Shown here: positions 9,795 to 19,836 of the stretch, in pieces
Layout: each line of letters starts with the position of its first letter
Numbering within the stretch: the stretch's first letter is position 1
IMG/VR virus record: IMGVR_UViG_3300042868_009047
Strand: one strand, 5' to 3'
From: a virus
Taxonomy: Duplodnaviria > Caudoviricetes
DNA: 64,000 bases
Made by a program: the position numbers and the translations under genes
Notes under the pieces: generated by a model
Databases searched by the model: none
Seen by the model: only the letters and a program-made list of their open reading frames with translations
What the model was told of the DNA's origin: nothing

Positions 9795-10281
9795 AAATTC
9801 AAAATTATATGAGGTAAATTCAAAACTTATCGGTATGACTTATGACATACCAGATGAGGTTTTGATTCATATTAAAAATACATTAAAAAAATTTAAAGAC
9901 CACAAAACAGTTAAAGGTTATAAAAGAGCTAATTTTTTGGTGAATAACCCAAATCAACCGTATGTTAATTTAGCTATGATTAAATCATATTTTGATAACG
10001 TAAATAAAGATGAGGTTAATCCAGTTGAATACGCTTTAAACGGTGGTGATGTATTAAATGTTTGGGTTCAGGATCTCATAAAAAGAGAAAAAGAAAGAGT
10101 TCAGGGTAATAAAGTTGCTAGGACAAATGCTGGTATGAACGGTCAGTTTAGAAAAGATTCTGAAGGGGATGATTTTAATACCGATTTACCAAATAACGTA
10201 ATGGATACGCCAGACATAATGTTTAATAGCGCATTACTTGAAGATATAACTAGAATAAAAAAATTAATAAATAAAATATAA
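9787..10281 (+). CDS. Hypothetical phage protein
   Basis: 164-aa ORF ending LLEDITRIKKLINKI. Confidence 0.7.
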   Translation: MDKNSKLYEVNSKLIGMTYDIPDEVLIHIKNTLKKFKDHKTVKGYKRANFLVNNPNQPYVNLAMIKSYFDNVNKDEVNPVEYALNGGDVLNVWVQDLIKREKERVQGNKVARTNAGMNGQFRKDSEGDDFNTDLPNNVMDTPDIMFNSALLEDITRIKKLINKI

Positions 10282-10283
10282 TC

Positions 10284-10547
10284 ATGGCAGATAACATTTT
10301 AAAAGTACCAGCATCCACACAATTAAGACAGGTTGCTGATCAAGAACTAAACGGTAAATTAATACCAGTTAATGAGTATAAACCAAACTCTTTTGAGTAT
10401 AGCTCAACAAACCCTAACGCACTTAGTGGTGACGCTAAGGGTAAAGGTGATATCGGTAACACCACTGATGTTGAAGAAAGATCAAAATTGGTTGCTGTTA
10501 ACAATTATAAAGACAGTAATACATATCCAGATTCATCTGTAGTTTAA
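10284..10547 (+). CDS. Hypothetical phage protein
   Basis: 87-aa ORF tightly packed in the operon. Confidence 0.65.
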   Translation: MADNILKVPASTQLRQVADQELNGKLIPVNEYKPNSFEYSSTNPNALSGDAKGKGDIGNTTDVEERSKLVAVNNYKDSNTYPDSSVV

Positions 10548-10559
10548 TTTTTTTTATTT

Positions 10560-11195
10560 ATGCTTATTATTGAAAACACAAGTGGTAACAAACTCGACAT
10601 ATTAAAATACGCAATTGAAAATAAATATTCAATTGTATTTTGGTATAGAGGTGTTAAACTAGGTGACCCAAATGAAAAAGGTTATACACGCCAAAATTAT
10701 AGACGTGTTGAACCCGTGGCTTTGGGTAAAAGTGATAAAACAGGTAAAGACATGTTAAGAGCTTTTCAATATAATGGTGCGACAAATACTAAAAACCAAG
10801 TTTATAAAACATTTATTGTAGATGAAATAAAAGATGGTAGTATACAAATGGTTTACGATTCAACAGGTAAGCAATTAAGAACCTTTGATACTAATAACCA
10901 AAGATATACAGATAAAAACGGAAATAGCGCTGAATTTAGGTCAAATGGTAATGATTTAAAAATGGCTTCTGGTAGATCAGAAAAATATGTAGATACTAGC
11001 AAACCAGCTGGACCAACAGACCCTAAATACGCTAACATGAATTATAAAGAACCAGAAATAAAAAATAAACCAGAACAAAAACCAGTGGAACCCCAACCTC
11101 AAGGACAAAATGTCCCTGAGAACCCAAATGACAAAGAGGTTGTAACTGAACATAGTTCTGGATTCTTAAAATGGATATATAACATATATGGATAA
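10560..11195 (+). CDS. WYL-like domain protein
   Basis: AIENKYSIVFWY...RRVEPVALG...LRAFQ...YKTFIVDEI follows the WYL pattern (R.VEP..L, W/Y..F..D.I). Confidence 0.55.
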   Translation: MLIIENTSGNKLDILKYAIENKYSIVFWYRGVKLGDPNEKGYTRQNYRRVEPVALGKSDKTGKDMLRAFQYNGATNTKNQVYKTFIVDEIKDGSIQMVYDSTGKQLRTFDTNNQRYTDKNGNSAEFRSNGNDLKMASGRSEKYVDTSKPAGPTDPKYANMNYKEPEIKNKPEQKPVEPQPQGQNVPENPNDKEVVTEHSSGFLKWIYNIYG

Positions 11196-11796
11196 TCAAG
11201 ATAAAGCAGCGTTATTAGCACAAGGAATTGCTAAAGCAAGAATAGTAATGGAAAAAGTTGAAGCCAATACTGGCGGTAAAATGGCACAAGATAGAGGTAT
11301 GTCGGGCATGAATAGAGAAGTTTATTCAGACAACTACCAAGAACGTGAACCAGAATATTTAACCGAAGAGCAAGTTGCAGCTAGAACAAGAAATGCTGGT
11401 GGTGGTGTACCTAAAAACACTATGAAAAACCTGTCATCATCAAAAATGCCTAAAGAAATACTACAGTCGTTCATCGATAATCCGATTGTTGACCCAACGG
11501 TACCAGTTGGTATGGATAATTTAATGGAGCAAATCGCTAAAGCACAACCTAAAATTAGACAAATTGATGAAGTTGTACAACCAAGATCAGTTGCACCAGC
11601 TCAATCAGCCCCAGCTTTAACAATGGATAGGGAGTTAATTGAATACATTATCAAAAAAACCGTTGAGACTGTTCTTGAAGAACAAGCTAAAAAAACTAGT
11701 ATTGATGAGAATTTTCAAATTAAAATAGGTGACAAAATATTTGGTGGTAAATTAAATGTTTTAAAAGAAAATAATAATAAATCAGTTAAAAAGTAA
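11188..11796 (+). CDS. Hypothetical phage protein
   Basis: 202-aa ORF overlapping the upstream gene. Confidence 0.7.
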   Translation: MDNQDKAALLAQGIAKARIVMEKVEANTGGKMAQDRGMSGMNREVYSDNYQEREPEYLTEEQVAARTRNAGGGVPKNTMKNLSSSKMPKEILQSFIDNPIVDPTVPVGMDNLMEQIAKAQPKIRQIDEVVQPRSVAPAQSAPALTMDRELIEYIIKKTVETVLEEQAKKTSIDENFQIKIGDKIFGGKLNVLKENNNKSVKK

Positions 11797-11800
11797 AATT

Positions 11801-11962
11801 ATGAAAAAAGAACAAGTATTAGGAATCGTAAGACACGTATTGACGTTTGTTGGCGGTATTTTAGTAGCAAAAGGTTTGGCGACAGATGTTTTGTCTAATG
11901 AATTAATTGGCGCTGCCATGACATTAGTTGGTGGTATATGGTCAATCACCTCAAAAAAATAA
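11801..11962 (+). CDS. Small two-TM protein, Pam3-gp28-like putative holin (absent from the ORF track)
   Basis: Hand translation MKKEQVLGIVRHVLTFVGGILVAKGLATDVLSNELIGAAMTLVGGIWSITSKK* (53 aa), with a GIVRH.LT..GG motif. Confidence 0.7.
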   Translation: MKKEQVLGIVRHVLTFVGGILVAKGLATDVLSNELIGAAMTLVGGIWSITSKK

Positions 11963-11982
11963 CTCTTTAAATAAATAAACAA

Positions 11983-12171
11983 ATGAGTAATAATATAATA
12001 AAATTTTGTAAAAACAAATGCTGTCCAGTTATTGAGGTTCAAGAAAACGCAATTGTATTGGGTGATAAAGAAGGACCAGAAGGAATAACAACATGGACTA
12101 AAACCCAATTTGCTGACTTTGTTGAAGCGGCTAAAGAAGGTAAATTTGACGAAATTGTTAACGAATCTTAA
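11983..12171 (+). CDS. DUF397-like small protein
   Basis: C.PVIEV...V.LGDKEGPEG..TWT..QFADFVEAAKEGKFD parallels the DUF397 pattern CVEVA...RDSK.P.G..L.F....W.AF...VK.GEF. Confidence 0.5.
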   Translation: MSNNIIKFCKNKCCPVIEVQENAIVLGDKEGPEGITTWTKTQFADFVEAAKEGKFDEIVNES

Positions 12172-12202
12172 AATTAAGGTTCATACTAAGAAAAAATAAA
12201 TT

Positions 12203-12232
12203 ATGGGGAATTTAATATTCCCCATTTTTTTT
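12203..12232 (+). terminator. Intrinsic terminator
   Basis: ATGGGGAAT-ttaat-ATTCCCCAT followed by a T tract. Confidence 0.85.
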
Positions 12233-12293
12233 GTACTTTTGTTTGATTTTTAAACCTTTTTTCCTATTATTATGGAAACATAATATAAAACCT

Positions 12294-13514
12294 ATGAGTA
12301 AAATTAATATATTAGTACAACCAAACGATAGAGCTGGTTCAGGTAAATATCGATGTGTAGACCCACATGTAACACTACAGAATAATAACGCGGATGATTT
12401 TTTTGTTGAGATTAATGAAAACGTTAATTTTAATGATGATGGTTACCTAAAAAAATTCCAGTTGTTCTTTTTCCATAGAGCCCCAGGTGGTAATTATTTA
12501 CAAGGTGCTGAAATCATCAAAAAAATTAAATCATTTGGTGGTAAAGTTATTATTGACTTAGATGATCACTGGGATTTAGATCCATCACATGGTTTATATC
12601 AAACAGCAAAAAAAAATAATATACCAGGCCACACGATTAATATCGTAAAAGAAGCTGATTTAGTAACCGTGTCAACGCATTTTTTACAAAAAGAGGTTTT
12701 AAAATATAACAAAAAATGTGTTGTTTTGGCTAACGCAATAAACCCAAATGAAACACAATTTAAACCAAAACCAAGTGAGTCAGATAGGTTAAGATTTGGC
12801 TGGTTAGGTGGCTCATCACACGCTAAAGATATCGAGTTATTAAAAGGTGTACCTCAAAGGTCAAATGAGTACGGGGATAAGATGCAAATTGTATTATGTG
12901 GTTATGACACAAGAGGTACTGTTAGGGCTCAAAACCCTGAAACAGGTGAAATGATGGAAAGACAAATGCAACCTGTTGAAACAACTTGGTTTATGTATGA
13001 AATATACCTAACCGATCATTTTAAAACGATTAAAGATCAGGAATATATTAAACATTTGTTGAAATTTGAGCAAGACCTAAATTACGATGATACAAATATG
13101 CCATATAGAAGAATATGGACTAAGCCAATTGATACATACGCAAAGGGTTATAATGAATTTGATGTGGCTTTAGCACCGTTAAATGATAGTTCTTTTAATA
13201 AATATAAATCCCAGTTAAAGGTAATTGAGGCTGGGTTCCATAAAAAAGCTATAATAGCTCAAAATTATGGGCCTTACACCATTGATTTGGTTTCTGCAAT
13301 TGAAAAGGGTGGCGGTTTTAATTCAAAAGGTAACTCTTTATTAGTTGAATCAAGTAAAAACCACAAACAATGGAGTCAACACATTAAAAGGTTAATTGAT
13401 AACCCAAATCTTGTTGAAGATCTTGGTGAAAAACTATATGAGACCGTTAAAGACAGGTATGATATAAATCACGTAACAAAATTAAGAGCTGAAATTTATA
13501 AAACATTAATATAA
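12294..13514 (+). CDS. GT-B fold glycosyltransferase
   Basis: GWLGGSSH, FDVALAPL...FNKYKSQLKVIEAG. Start moved to ATG 12294 (MSKINILV). Confidence 0.75.
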   Translation: MSKINILVQPNDRAGSGKYRCVDPHVTLQNNNADDFFVEINENVNFNDDGYLKKFQLFFFHRAPGGNYLQGAEIIKKIKSFGGKVIIDLDDHWDLDPSHGLYQTAKKNNIPGHTINIVKEADLVTVSTHFLQKEVLKYNKKCVVLANAINPNETQFKPKPSESDRLRFGWLGGSSHAKDIELLKGVPQRSNEYGDKMQIVLCGYDTRGTVRAQNPETGEMMERQMQPVETTWFMYEIYLTDHFKTIKDQEYIKHLLKFEQDLNYDDTNMPYRRIWTKPIDTYAKGYNEFDVALAPLNDSSFNKYKSQLKVIEAGFHKKAIIAQNYGPYTIDLVSAIEKGGGFNSKGNSLLVESSKNHKQWSQHIKRLIDNPNLVEDLGEKLYETVKDRYDINHVTKLRAEIYKTLI

Positions 13515-13515
13515 T

Positions 13516-14103
13516 ATGAGTAACAACAGATTAGAAGATTTAAACATGGATGATCTTTTTGATGATGAAACAAAAAATGAGTTGGATAGTATTCTAAAAG
13601 AAACCCAGCACATGATGGGTGATTGGGATTATGATCCAGCTACAATGACAATTAAATTGAAGGTTTCTTTCATTAACAAATCGAATAACCCAGACCCTAC
13701 TTATGAAAAAGAAGGAGATAGTGGTTTTGACATCAGAGCTTTTATTGGTAACCCTGTTGATATTGAGCCAGGTTGTAGAGCTTTAATAAAAACAGGTTTG
13801 TATTTTGAAATACCTTTGGGGTATGAATTACAAATTAGATCTAGAAGTGGTTTAGCTTTAAATAACGGTGTTATGGTTTTAAATAGCCCTGGTACTGTTG
13901 ATTCTGGATACAGAGGTGAGATTGGTATTATTTTACACAATACGGATAAATTAAACCCGTTCTATGTACACAATGGTGATAGAATAGCACAAGGTGTTAT
14001 TGCCGCTGTACAAACAATGGGTAAAACTAAATTTATAAAAACAAACGAACTATCAAGTAGCGATAGAGGTGCTGGTGGTTTCGGTTCAACTGGGGTTAGT
14101 TAA
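13516..14103 (+). CDS. dut: Trimeric dUTPase
   Basis: SGFDIRA, RSRSGLA, GTVDSGYRGEI, RGAGGFGSTG. Confidence 0.96.
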   Translation: MSNNRLEDLNMDDLFDDETKNELDSILKETQHMMGDWDYDPATMTIKLKVSFINKSNNPDPTYEKEGDSGFDIRAFIGNPVDIEPGCRALIKTGLYFEIPLGYELQIRSRSGLALNNGVMVLNSPGTVDSGYRGEIGIILHNTDKLNPFYVHNGDRIAQGVIAAVQTMGKTKFIKTNELSSSDRGAGGFGSTGVS

Positions 14104-14408
14104 TGATAGTATTTAAAGACCAAATAAAAGCTTATAAAGCAATCACAAGTGATATCTTAAACCAAATAGAATATAAAACTGTTTGGTCAGGTAAAAGAAT
14201 TGATATTGGTGATAAAGTTTTATATGCGTTTGTATACCCTTTAAATTCAGAGGATTATAAATTAGCAACGTTTCTTGAACGTGAATTAGGTGAAGTTAAT
14301 CAAATGTTTACCTATCTTCAAACAATAAAAGGTATTATACCAGTATTAAAATATAAAAATGATAATCTGGTAAGAGATTTAATCATAGAAGAAGAGAATG
14401 AGTCATAA
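14103..14408 (+). CDS. Hypothetical protein
   Basis: 101-aa ORF coupled to both neighbours by overlaps. Confidence 0.6.
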   Translation: MIVFKDQIKAYKAITSDILNQIEYKTVWSGKRIDIGDKVLYAFVYPLNSEDYKLATFLERELGEVNQMFTYLQTIKGIIPVLKYKNDNLVRDLIIEEENES

Positions 14409-15834
14409 AATAAGCGTTGTTTTCTCAACAAGAAAGATAGATGAAAATTTTATTGAGCATGTTAAGAAAACCTGTATGTATAAAGGTGTTGAAGTTTTAC
14501 CATATGAAAATAATGGTGAATATTCTTTAACGGAAATATACAATAAAGGTTTAAAAGATGCGTCAAGCGATATTATTATTTTTTGTCACGATGATATCCT
14601 GTTTGAAACAAAAAATTGGGGTGAAAAGGTTTTAAAAGCTTTTGAAAAAAACCCCGAATACGGTATTCTTGGCGTTGCTGGGACAAACCATATGGTTAGT
14701 GGTATGTGGTGGGAAGTACGTAGTGCAATGCATGGTACAGTAAAACATACTGACGGTACAAAGGTATGGGCAAACAAATACTCCGAAAATTACGGTAATC
14801 AATTAAAAGAGATGGTTGCTGTGGATGGTTTATTTATCGCTGTTGACAGAACCAGAATAGAAAATATTTTTGATGATCGATTTAAAGGTTTTCACTTTTA
14901 TGATATATCATTTTGTTTATCAAACTATATTAATGGTGTTGATATTGGGTTAATATCAAACATAACAATATTACATAAGTCTGTTGGTCAGGTTAATGAA
15001 CAATGGGTTGAAAATAAAACTTTATTTGAAGAAATATATGGTGGGGAATTACCAATTTGTTTAAATGAGAATAATAAACATATTCTTTTTGATAAAGATT
15101 TACCAAAAATTGATATGTATGTTCTTTGCTGGAACGAAGAAAAAATTATACCTTACTTTTTAAAGCATTACGAAAATTATGTTTCAAATATATATGTCTA
15201 TGATAATAAATCAAACGATGGTGGTACCAAATTATTAAAATCACACCCAAAGGTTACCGTAATACCATATGATACCAAAGGTGAGATTAGGGATGATACT
15301 TATTTACAGATAAAAAATAATGCCTGGAAAAACTCAATTGGTAAGGCAGACATTGTTATTGTCTGTGATATGGATGAATTTTTACATAGCGATGATTTAA
15401 AAAAATCGATCATTAAGTTTTATGAAAGTGACTCAACTATCATTAAACCAACTGGTTATGACATGATTGTAGATGAGTTTGAATTTAATTATGGTGATGA
15501 ATTAACTAATCTTGTTAAAACTGGATATAAAAACCAACTATTTGATAAACTAGTTATGTTTAAAACAAAAAATATAACTGAAATGAACTATAACGGTGGT
15601 TGTCATGTTGCAGCACCAAGAGGTAATAAAGTTAAATTATTTGAAGGTGAATTTTTACTTTTACATTATAAAAGACTTGGTTTAAAATATTTTTTAAATA
15701 AAATGTCACTTTATAAAAAAAGGTTAAGTGAGTTTAATAAAAAATATAAACTTGGTTATGAATATGAGTTTAATAAAAATAAACACACTGAAGATTTTAA
15801 TGAATCTTTGGGTAAAATATCTGATGTTATTTAG
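14398..15834 (+). CDS. Two-domain GT-A glycosyltransferase (GT2-like fusion)
   Basis: N-domain YNKGL...IFCHDD...FHFYDISF; C-domain LCWNEEKIIPYFLKHY...YDNKSND...VCDMDEF. Confidence 0.75.
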   Translation: MSHKISVVFSTRKIDENFIEHVKKTCMYKGVEVLPYENNGEYSLTEIYNKGLKDASSDIIIFCHDDILFETKNWGEKVLKAFEKNPEYGILGVAGTNHMVSGMWWEVRSAMHGTVKHTDGTKVWANKYSENYGNQLKEMVAVDGLFIAVDRTRIENIFDDRFKGFHFYDISFCLSNYINGVDIGLISNITILHKSVGQVNEQWVENKTLFEEIYGGELPICLNENNKHILFDKDLPKIDMYVLCWNEEKIIPYFLKHYENYVSNIYVYDNKSNDGGTKLLKSHPKVTVIPYDTKGEIRDDTYLQIKNNAWKNSIGKADIVIVCDMDEFLHSDDLKKSIIKFYESDSTIIKPTGYDMIVDEFEFNYGDELTNLVKTGYKNQLFDKLVMFKTKNITEMNYNGGCHVAAPRGNKVKLFEGEFLLLHYKRLGLKYFLNKMSLYKKRLSEFNKKYKLGYEYEFNKNKHTEDFNESLGKISDVI

Positions 15835-15866
15835 TTTTCATAACTATTTAAATTAAAAAATATTAT

Positions 15867-16862
15867 ATGGGATTTTTTAGGATTAAAAAAACAACAAAAG
15901 ATAGTGATAACAATCAGGTTATTTATGATAAAACAGACAATTTTATAAAAGAGGAAAGATTGTCCGACACAGAAAAAACAACAATAAAAAAAAGCTATGT
16001 GGATACAAATAAAAGTGAGTCGTATATGATAAAAAAAACAGTAGTTAAAAAAAATAATCTTGTTGACGTAACAAAATATTTTGAAAAAAAAGAACTTGTG
16101 GTTGATTACTCTTTACCAGAAGTTACAGAAAATTTTGGTATTATAGACAATATTAATACAATCACACCTTTCCCTTTTAGACAAAAAAAATTGGCTGTTT
16201 TTATCCATATGTTTTATCCAGATCTATGGAGTACCTTAGATAGTTATTTAGATAACATTAAATGTAAGTTTGATTTATATATTAACGCTGTAATAGATAA
16301 CTATGATAAAGATGTTATACATAAGATAGTTGATAAATATCCTAACGCAAAAATTATTAAAAATATTAATAAAGGTAGAGATATTGGTGGTTTAATAACC
16401 ATGTCAAAGTATATAATAAAAAATCAGTACGATTCCGTTTATTTTATACACACAAAAAAAAGCCCACATTTAAAAAGTGGTAACACTTGGAGAAATGATA
16501 TGTTAATAGCGTTAATGGGTGATGAAAACAAAGTTAATAATCTTATTAAAGATATAAGGTATTATGAGTTTGGTCTGATAACTCCAGGTTTATATAAAAC
16601 AAATTCCATGGGTAGTAACCACAATAATTTAAGAAGATTGATGCAGTTATATAAAATTGATTATGACTTAAAACAATTAGAATTTTCAGCTGGAACATTT
16701 TTTTTATGTAGTGCGGAATTAATTGAACAGATAGGTATGCTAACGGATTTATCATATTTTGAAGATGGTTCTGATCTTGATGGGCAAATGGCTCACGCAT
16801 TTGAAAGATTTTTACCTATTTTAACAATAAAAAAATTAAATAAAACTATTAAATATGTCTAA
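15867..16862 (+). CDS. Rhamnan synthesis protein F (RgpF)-like
   Basis: HMFYPDL, NKGRDIG, HTKKSPH, WRNDM, AGTFF, AHAFERF. Confidence 0.8.
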   Translation: MGFFRIKKTTKDSDNNQVIYDKTDNFIKEERLSDTEKTTIKKSYVDTNKSESYMIKKTVVKKNNLVDVTKYFEKKELVVDYSLPEVTENFGIIDNINTITPFPFRQKKLAVFIHMFYPDLWSTLDSYLDNIKCKFDLYINAVIDNYDKDVIHKIVDKYPNAKIIKNINKGRDIGGLITMSKYIIKNQYDSVYFIHTKKSPHLKSGNTWRNDMLIALMGDENKVNNLIKDIRYYEFGLITPGLYKTNSMGSNHNNLRRLMQLYKIDYDLKQLEFSAGTFFLCSAELIEQIGMLTDLSYFEDGSDLDGQMAHAFERFLPILTIKKLNKTIKYV

Positions 16863-17937
16863 ACCAAAAATTATTTGTTTTTACCTTCCGCAATTTCACC
16901 CTTTTGCTGAAAACGATCAATTCTGGGGTCGTGGTTTTACTGAGTGGAATAATTTATATGATGTAAAAATATTCCATAAAAACCAAAGATTTATAAGGAC
17001 ATCATCCGAATTTGGTGATTATGATTTACGGAGCTATGCCGTAAGAAAAAGACACGCTGAGTTAGCTAAAGAACATGGTATAGACGGGTTTTGTTTATAT
17101 CATTATTGGTTTTATGGTCACCCAGGTAATAAAGTTATGTATGAAGTTGCTGAAAGAATGCTTGAGGATGGTGAACCTAACATTAATTTTTGTTTTGAAT
17201 GGGCTAATGAACCCTGGACAAGAACTTGGGATGGTATGGAAAAAAACTACCTAATAAAACAGGAATATGGTACTGAAGAGGATTGGACAGAACATTTTAA
17301 TTATTTATTAAAATTTTTTAAACACAAGAATTACATAAAAGTTGATAATAAACCGATGTTTCTTGTTTATAGAATGGGTCATTTTAAAGAGTTCGATAAA
17401 TTTAAAAAACATTTTGATGATTTAGCTAAGAAAGAAGGTTTTGATGGTATTATTTTTTCACAAACTTTAAACCATTTTAATGAAGATGGTAGTAATGATG
17501 GTGTTAATAAAAATGCTGATGCGTATATTGAGTATCATCCAATGTATGTTAATAGGTTTTCTGAACCAGAACCAGAAAGTAATGATAATGTAACCATATT
17601 TTATGCACCTAAAAAATGGGAAAACATAACTAACCTAAAAAAACCAAATGATGTTGGTATTAAACCTTATATTCGTGGTTTTTATAGTGGTTGGGACTCA
17701 TCCCCAAGAGCTAAAAACAGAGCATCAACAATTGATTTATACAACGACCCAAAAAACTTTGAGTTTTATTTAAAGAAACAATTAGAAAATGTTGTTAATG
17801 ATAATAATGAACCGTATAATTACTTATTTATTTTTGCTTGGAATGAGTGGGGTGAGGGTGCTGTAATTGAACCAAGTGATCTGTATGGTAACCAATATTT
17901 ACTGGCTATAAAAGACGCATTAAATGGTATCAAATAA
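16855..17937 (+). CDS. WbsX-family / GH99-like glycan-active protein
   Basis: FYLPQFHP..END.FWG.GFTEW, GIDGFCLYHYWF, WANEPWTRTWDG, AWNEWGEG. Confidence 0.88.
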   Translation: MSKPKIICFYLPQFHPFAENDQFWGRGFTEWNNLYDVKIFHKNQRFIRTSSEFGDYDLRSYAVRKRHAELAKEHGIDGFCLYHYWFYGHPGNKVMYEVAERMLEDGEPNINFCFEWANEPWTRTWDGMEKNYLIKQEYGTEEDWTEHFNYLLKFFKHKNYIKVDNKPMFLVYRMGHFKEFDKFKKHFDDLAKKEGFDGIIFSQTLNHFNEDGSNDGVNKNADAYIEYHPMYVNRFSEPEPESNDNVTIFYAPKKWENITNLKKPNDVGIKPYIRGFYSGWDSSPRAKNRASTIDLYNDPKNFEFYLKKQLENVVNDNNEPYNYLFIFAWNEWGEGAVIEPSDLYGNQYLLAIKDALNGIK

Positions 17938-18565
17938 AGTTTGTATAATAGCTTTAAAATATTTAGAGTCATACTGGGAGTCAACACAAAAAGATATAGT
18001 TGATTCAAATTTACCTGTTATATATGTTGATAGGGAAGGTGTTGGGTCTATGACAAAAGCTTTTAATTCAGCTATACCAGAATTATATAAAAATTTTGGG
18101 GATAACCAACCTGAATATTTATTTTTTGTAACAAATAATAATTTTACCACAGCTACTGTTAATAGGCTAATAGACTCAATGGATAAAACTAATTTTGCTG
18201 CAATACATCCGTCACATAATAGTGACCATCCTTCACACAAAAATAATAAATCTGATCAGGTTATTGAAACAAAATATATTGAGTGGACCTCACCAATTGT
18301 TAAAACTGACCTGTTTTTAAAATATCCTTTAAATGAAAATTATTATTATTGGTTTTTTGATCTGGTTTGGAGTTATGAAATCAAAGCGCTTGGCCACAAA
18401 ATTGGTGTCGATCATGGTGCTTTTGTGGATCATAGGTATCTTGTAAAAGATTTATCAGATCCAATATCAAAAAAAAGAAAAGAATTAAGAGATACCAGAA
18501 ATGTGGTAGAACATCAAATATTAAACGAAACCTATGGGAATAACTGGCAATCAATTTTATTATGA
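17924..18565 (+). CDS. Putative GT-A glycosyltransferase
   Basis: SMTKAFNSAI, YLFFV, LNENYYYWFFDLVWSY; lies inside the glycan operon. Confidence 0.45.
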   Translation: MVSNKVCIIALKYLESYWESTQKDIVDSNLPVIYVDREGVGSMTKAFNSAIPELYKNFGDNQPEYLFFVTNNNFTTATVNRLIDSMDKTNFAAIHPSHNSDHPSHKNNKSDQVIETKYIEWTSPIVKTDLFLKYPLNENYYYWFFDLVWSYEIKALGHKIGVDHGAFVDHRYLVKDLSDPISKKRKELRDTRNVVEHQILNETYGNNWQSILL

Positions 18566-19005
18566 TTAATGAAGTAACTAAAATATTAATAGATTTTGAT
18601 GGTGTACTAACCGATGGTAAAATATATTATACCCATAACGGTGAACAATTTAAAGGTACTAACACACGTGATGTTAGGGCTATTAGAGAATTAATATCAT
18701 ATGGTTATGATGTTATCATATTAACCGCAAGTAATTGGCCAGGTTCAGAAACTTTTGCCAAAAAAACTGGATCAGAGATTGTTATATCAAAGGATAAAAA
18801 ACTTTTTGCTGATCAACTAAACGAAAAATTTATTGCTATTGGTGATGATGTGTGGGATCTTGGTTTAATAGAAAAATCAGACAGATTCTTTGCACCAAAA
18901 GATTGTGATAGAGCGATTCGTTATAATAGTGATAAAATTGAAATACTTAATAGTAAAGGTGGTGAAGGTGTTATAGCCGAGTTAGTATGGTTATTATGTA
19001 AATAA
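18562..19005 (+). CDS. KdsC/YrbI-type HAD sugar-phosphate phosphatase
   Basis: DFDGVLTDG.IYY, IGDDVWD, GGEGVIAE. Confidence 0.85.
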   Translation: MINEVTKILIDFDGVLTDGKIYYTHNGEQFKGTNTRDVRAIRELISYGYDVIILTASNWPGSETFAKKTGSEIVISKDKKLFADQLNEKFIAIGDDVWDLGLIEKSDRFFAPKDCDRAIRYNSDKIEILNSKGGEGVIAELVWLLCK

Positions 19006-19018
19006 ATAAATCAAATAT

Positions 19019-19783
19019 ATGAATACAAGACAAACAAAAACAGCAACTAGAAAAACAAGAAAAAGATTAACGCCCGAAGAAGAGAGTGAAGCTTTTGAAG
19101 AAATTAATAAAGCTCATATCGGTAATGTTCTTGATAAGATGAAAGTTGACATCAAGTATAAAACACAAAATCAAAAAAAATTAGTCACTGAGATAAAAAA
19201 TAAGGAAATTGTTATTTGTTCTGGGTTACCAGGTACAGGTAAAACCTTCTTATCTTGCGCTGTAGCGTTAGAACTTCTTAAAAGTGACCCAAGATACCGA
19301 AAAATTGTTATCGTTAAATCTGTGACAACTTTAAAGGATGAAGAGATTGGGTTTTTAAAGGGTACCATGAAAGAAAAGATGGAACCGTTTATGTATTCTT
19401 TTATGCATAATTTTGAAAAGGTAATTGGTAAACACAATGTTGAGCTTTTAAGAGCTAACAATATGATCGAAGAAATGCCAATTGCATATATGAGGGGTAT
19501 TAACATTGATAATTCAATTACAATCATCGATGAAGCTCAAAATATCTCTATTGACAATATTAGAACAATTATGACTAGACTTGGTGAAAACTCTAAAATG
19601 ATATTTTTAGGGGATGAAAACCAAATTGATATGAAAAAGAAGGGTGAAAGCTCTTTAAATTTTATCATTAAAAAGTTTAGTGATTTTGATGAGGTTGGAA
19701 CAATCACATTGGGTGAAGATGATGTTGTTAGAAACCCGTTAATCAAAAAAATCGAAAAAATATTCAACGAAAATAAAATGTAG
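19019..19783 (+). CDS. phoH: PhoH-family ATPase
   Basis: GLPGTGKT, PIAYMRG, IIDEAQN, GDENQID, VVRNPLI. Confidence 0.93.
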   Translation: MNTRQTKTATRKTRKRLTPEEESEAFEEINKAHIGNVLDKMKVDIKYKTQNQKKLVTEIKNKEIVICSGLPGTGKTFLSCAVALELLKSDPRYRKIVIVKSVTTLKDEEIGFLKGTMKEKMEPFMYSFMHNFEKVIGKHNVELLRANNMIEEMPIAYMRGINIDNSITIIDEAQNISIDNIRTIMTRLGENSKMIFLGDENQIDMKKKGESSLNFIIKKFSDFDEVGTITLGEDDVVRNPLIKKIEKIFNENKM

Positions 19784-19836
19784 ACTTTATTTTAGACCAA
19801 GATCATGTTATTTTTATACAAAAATAATAAATAACT

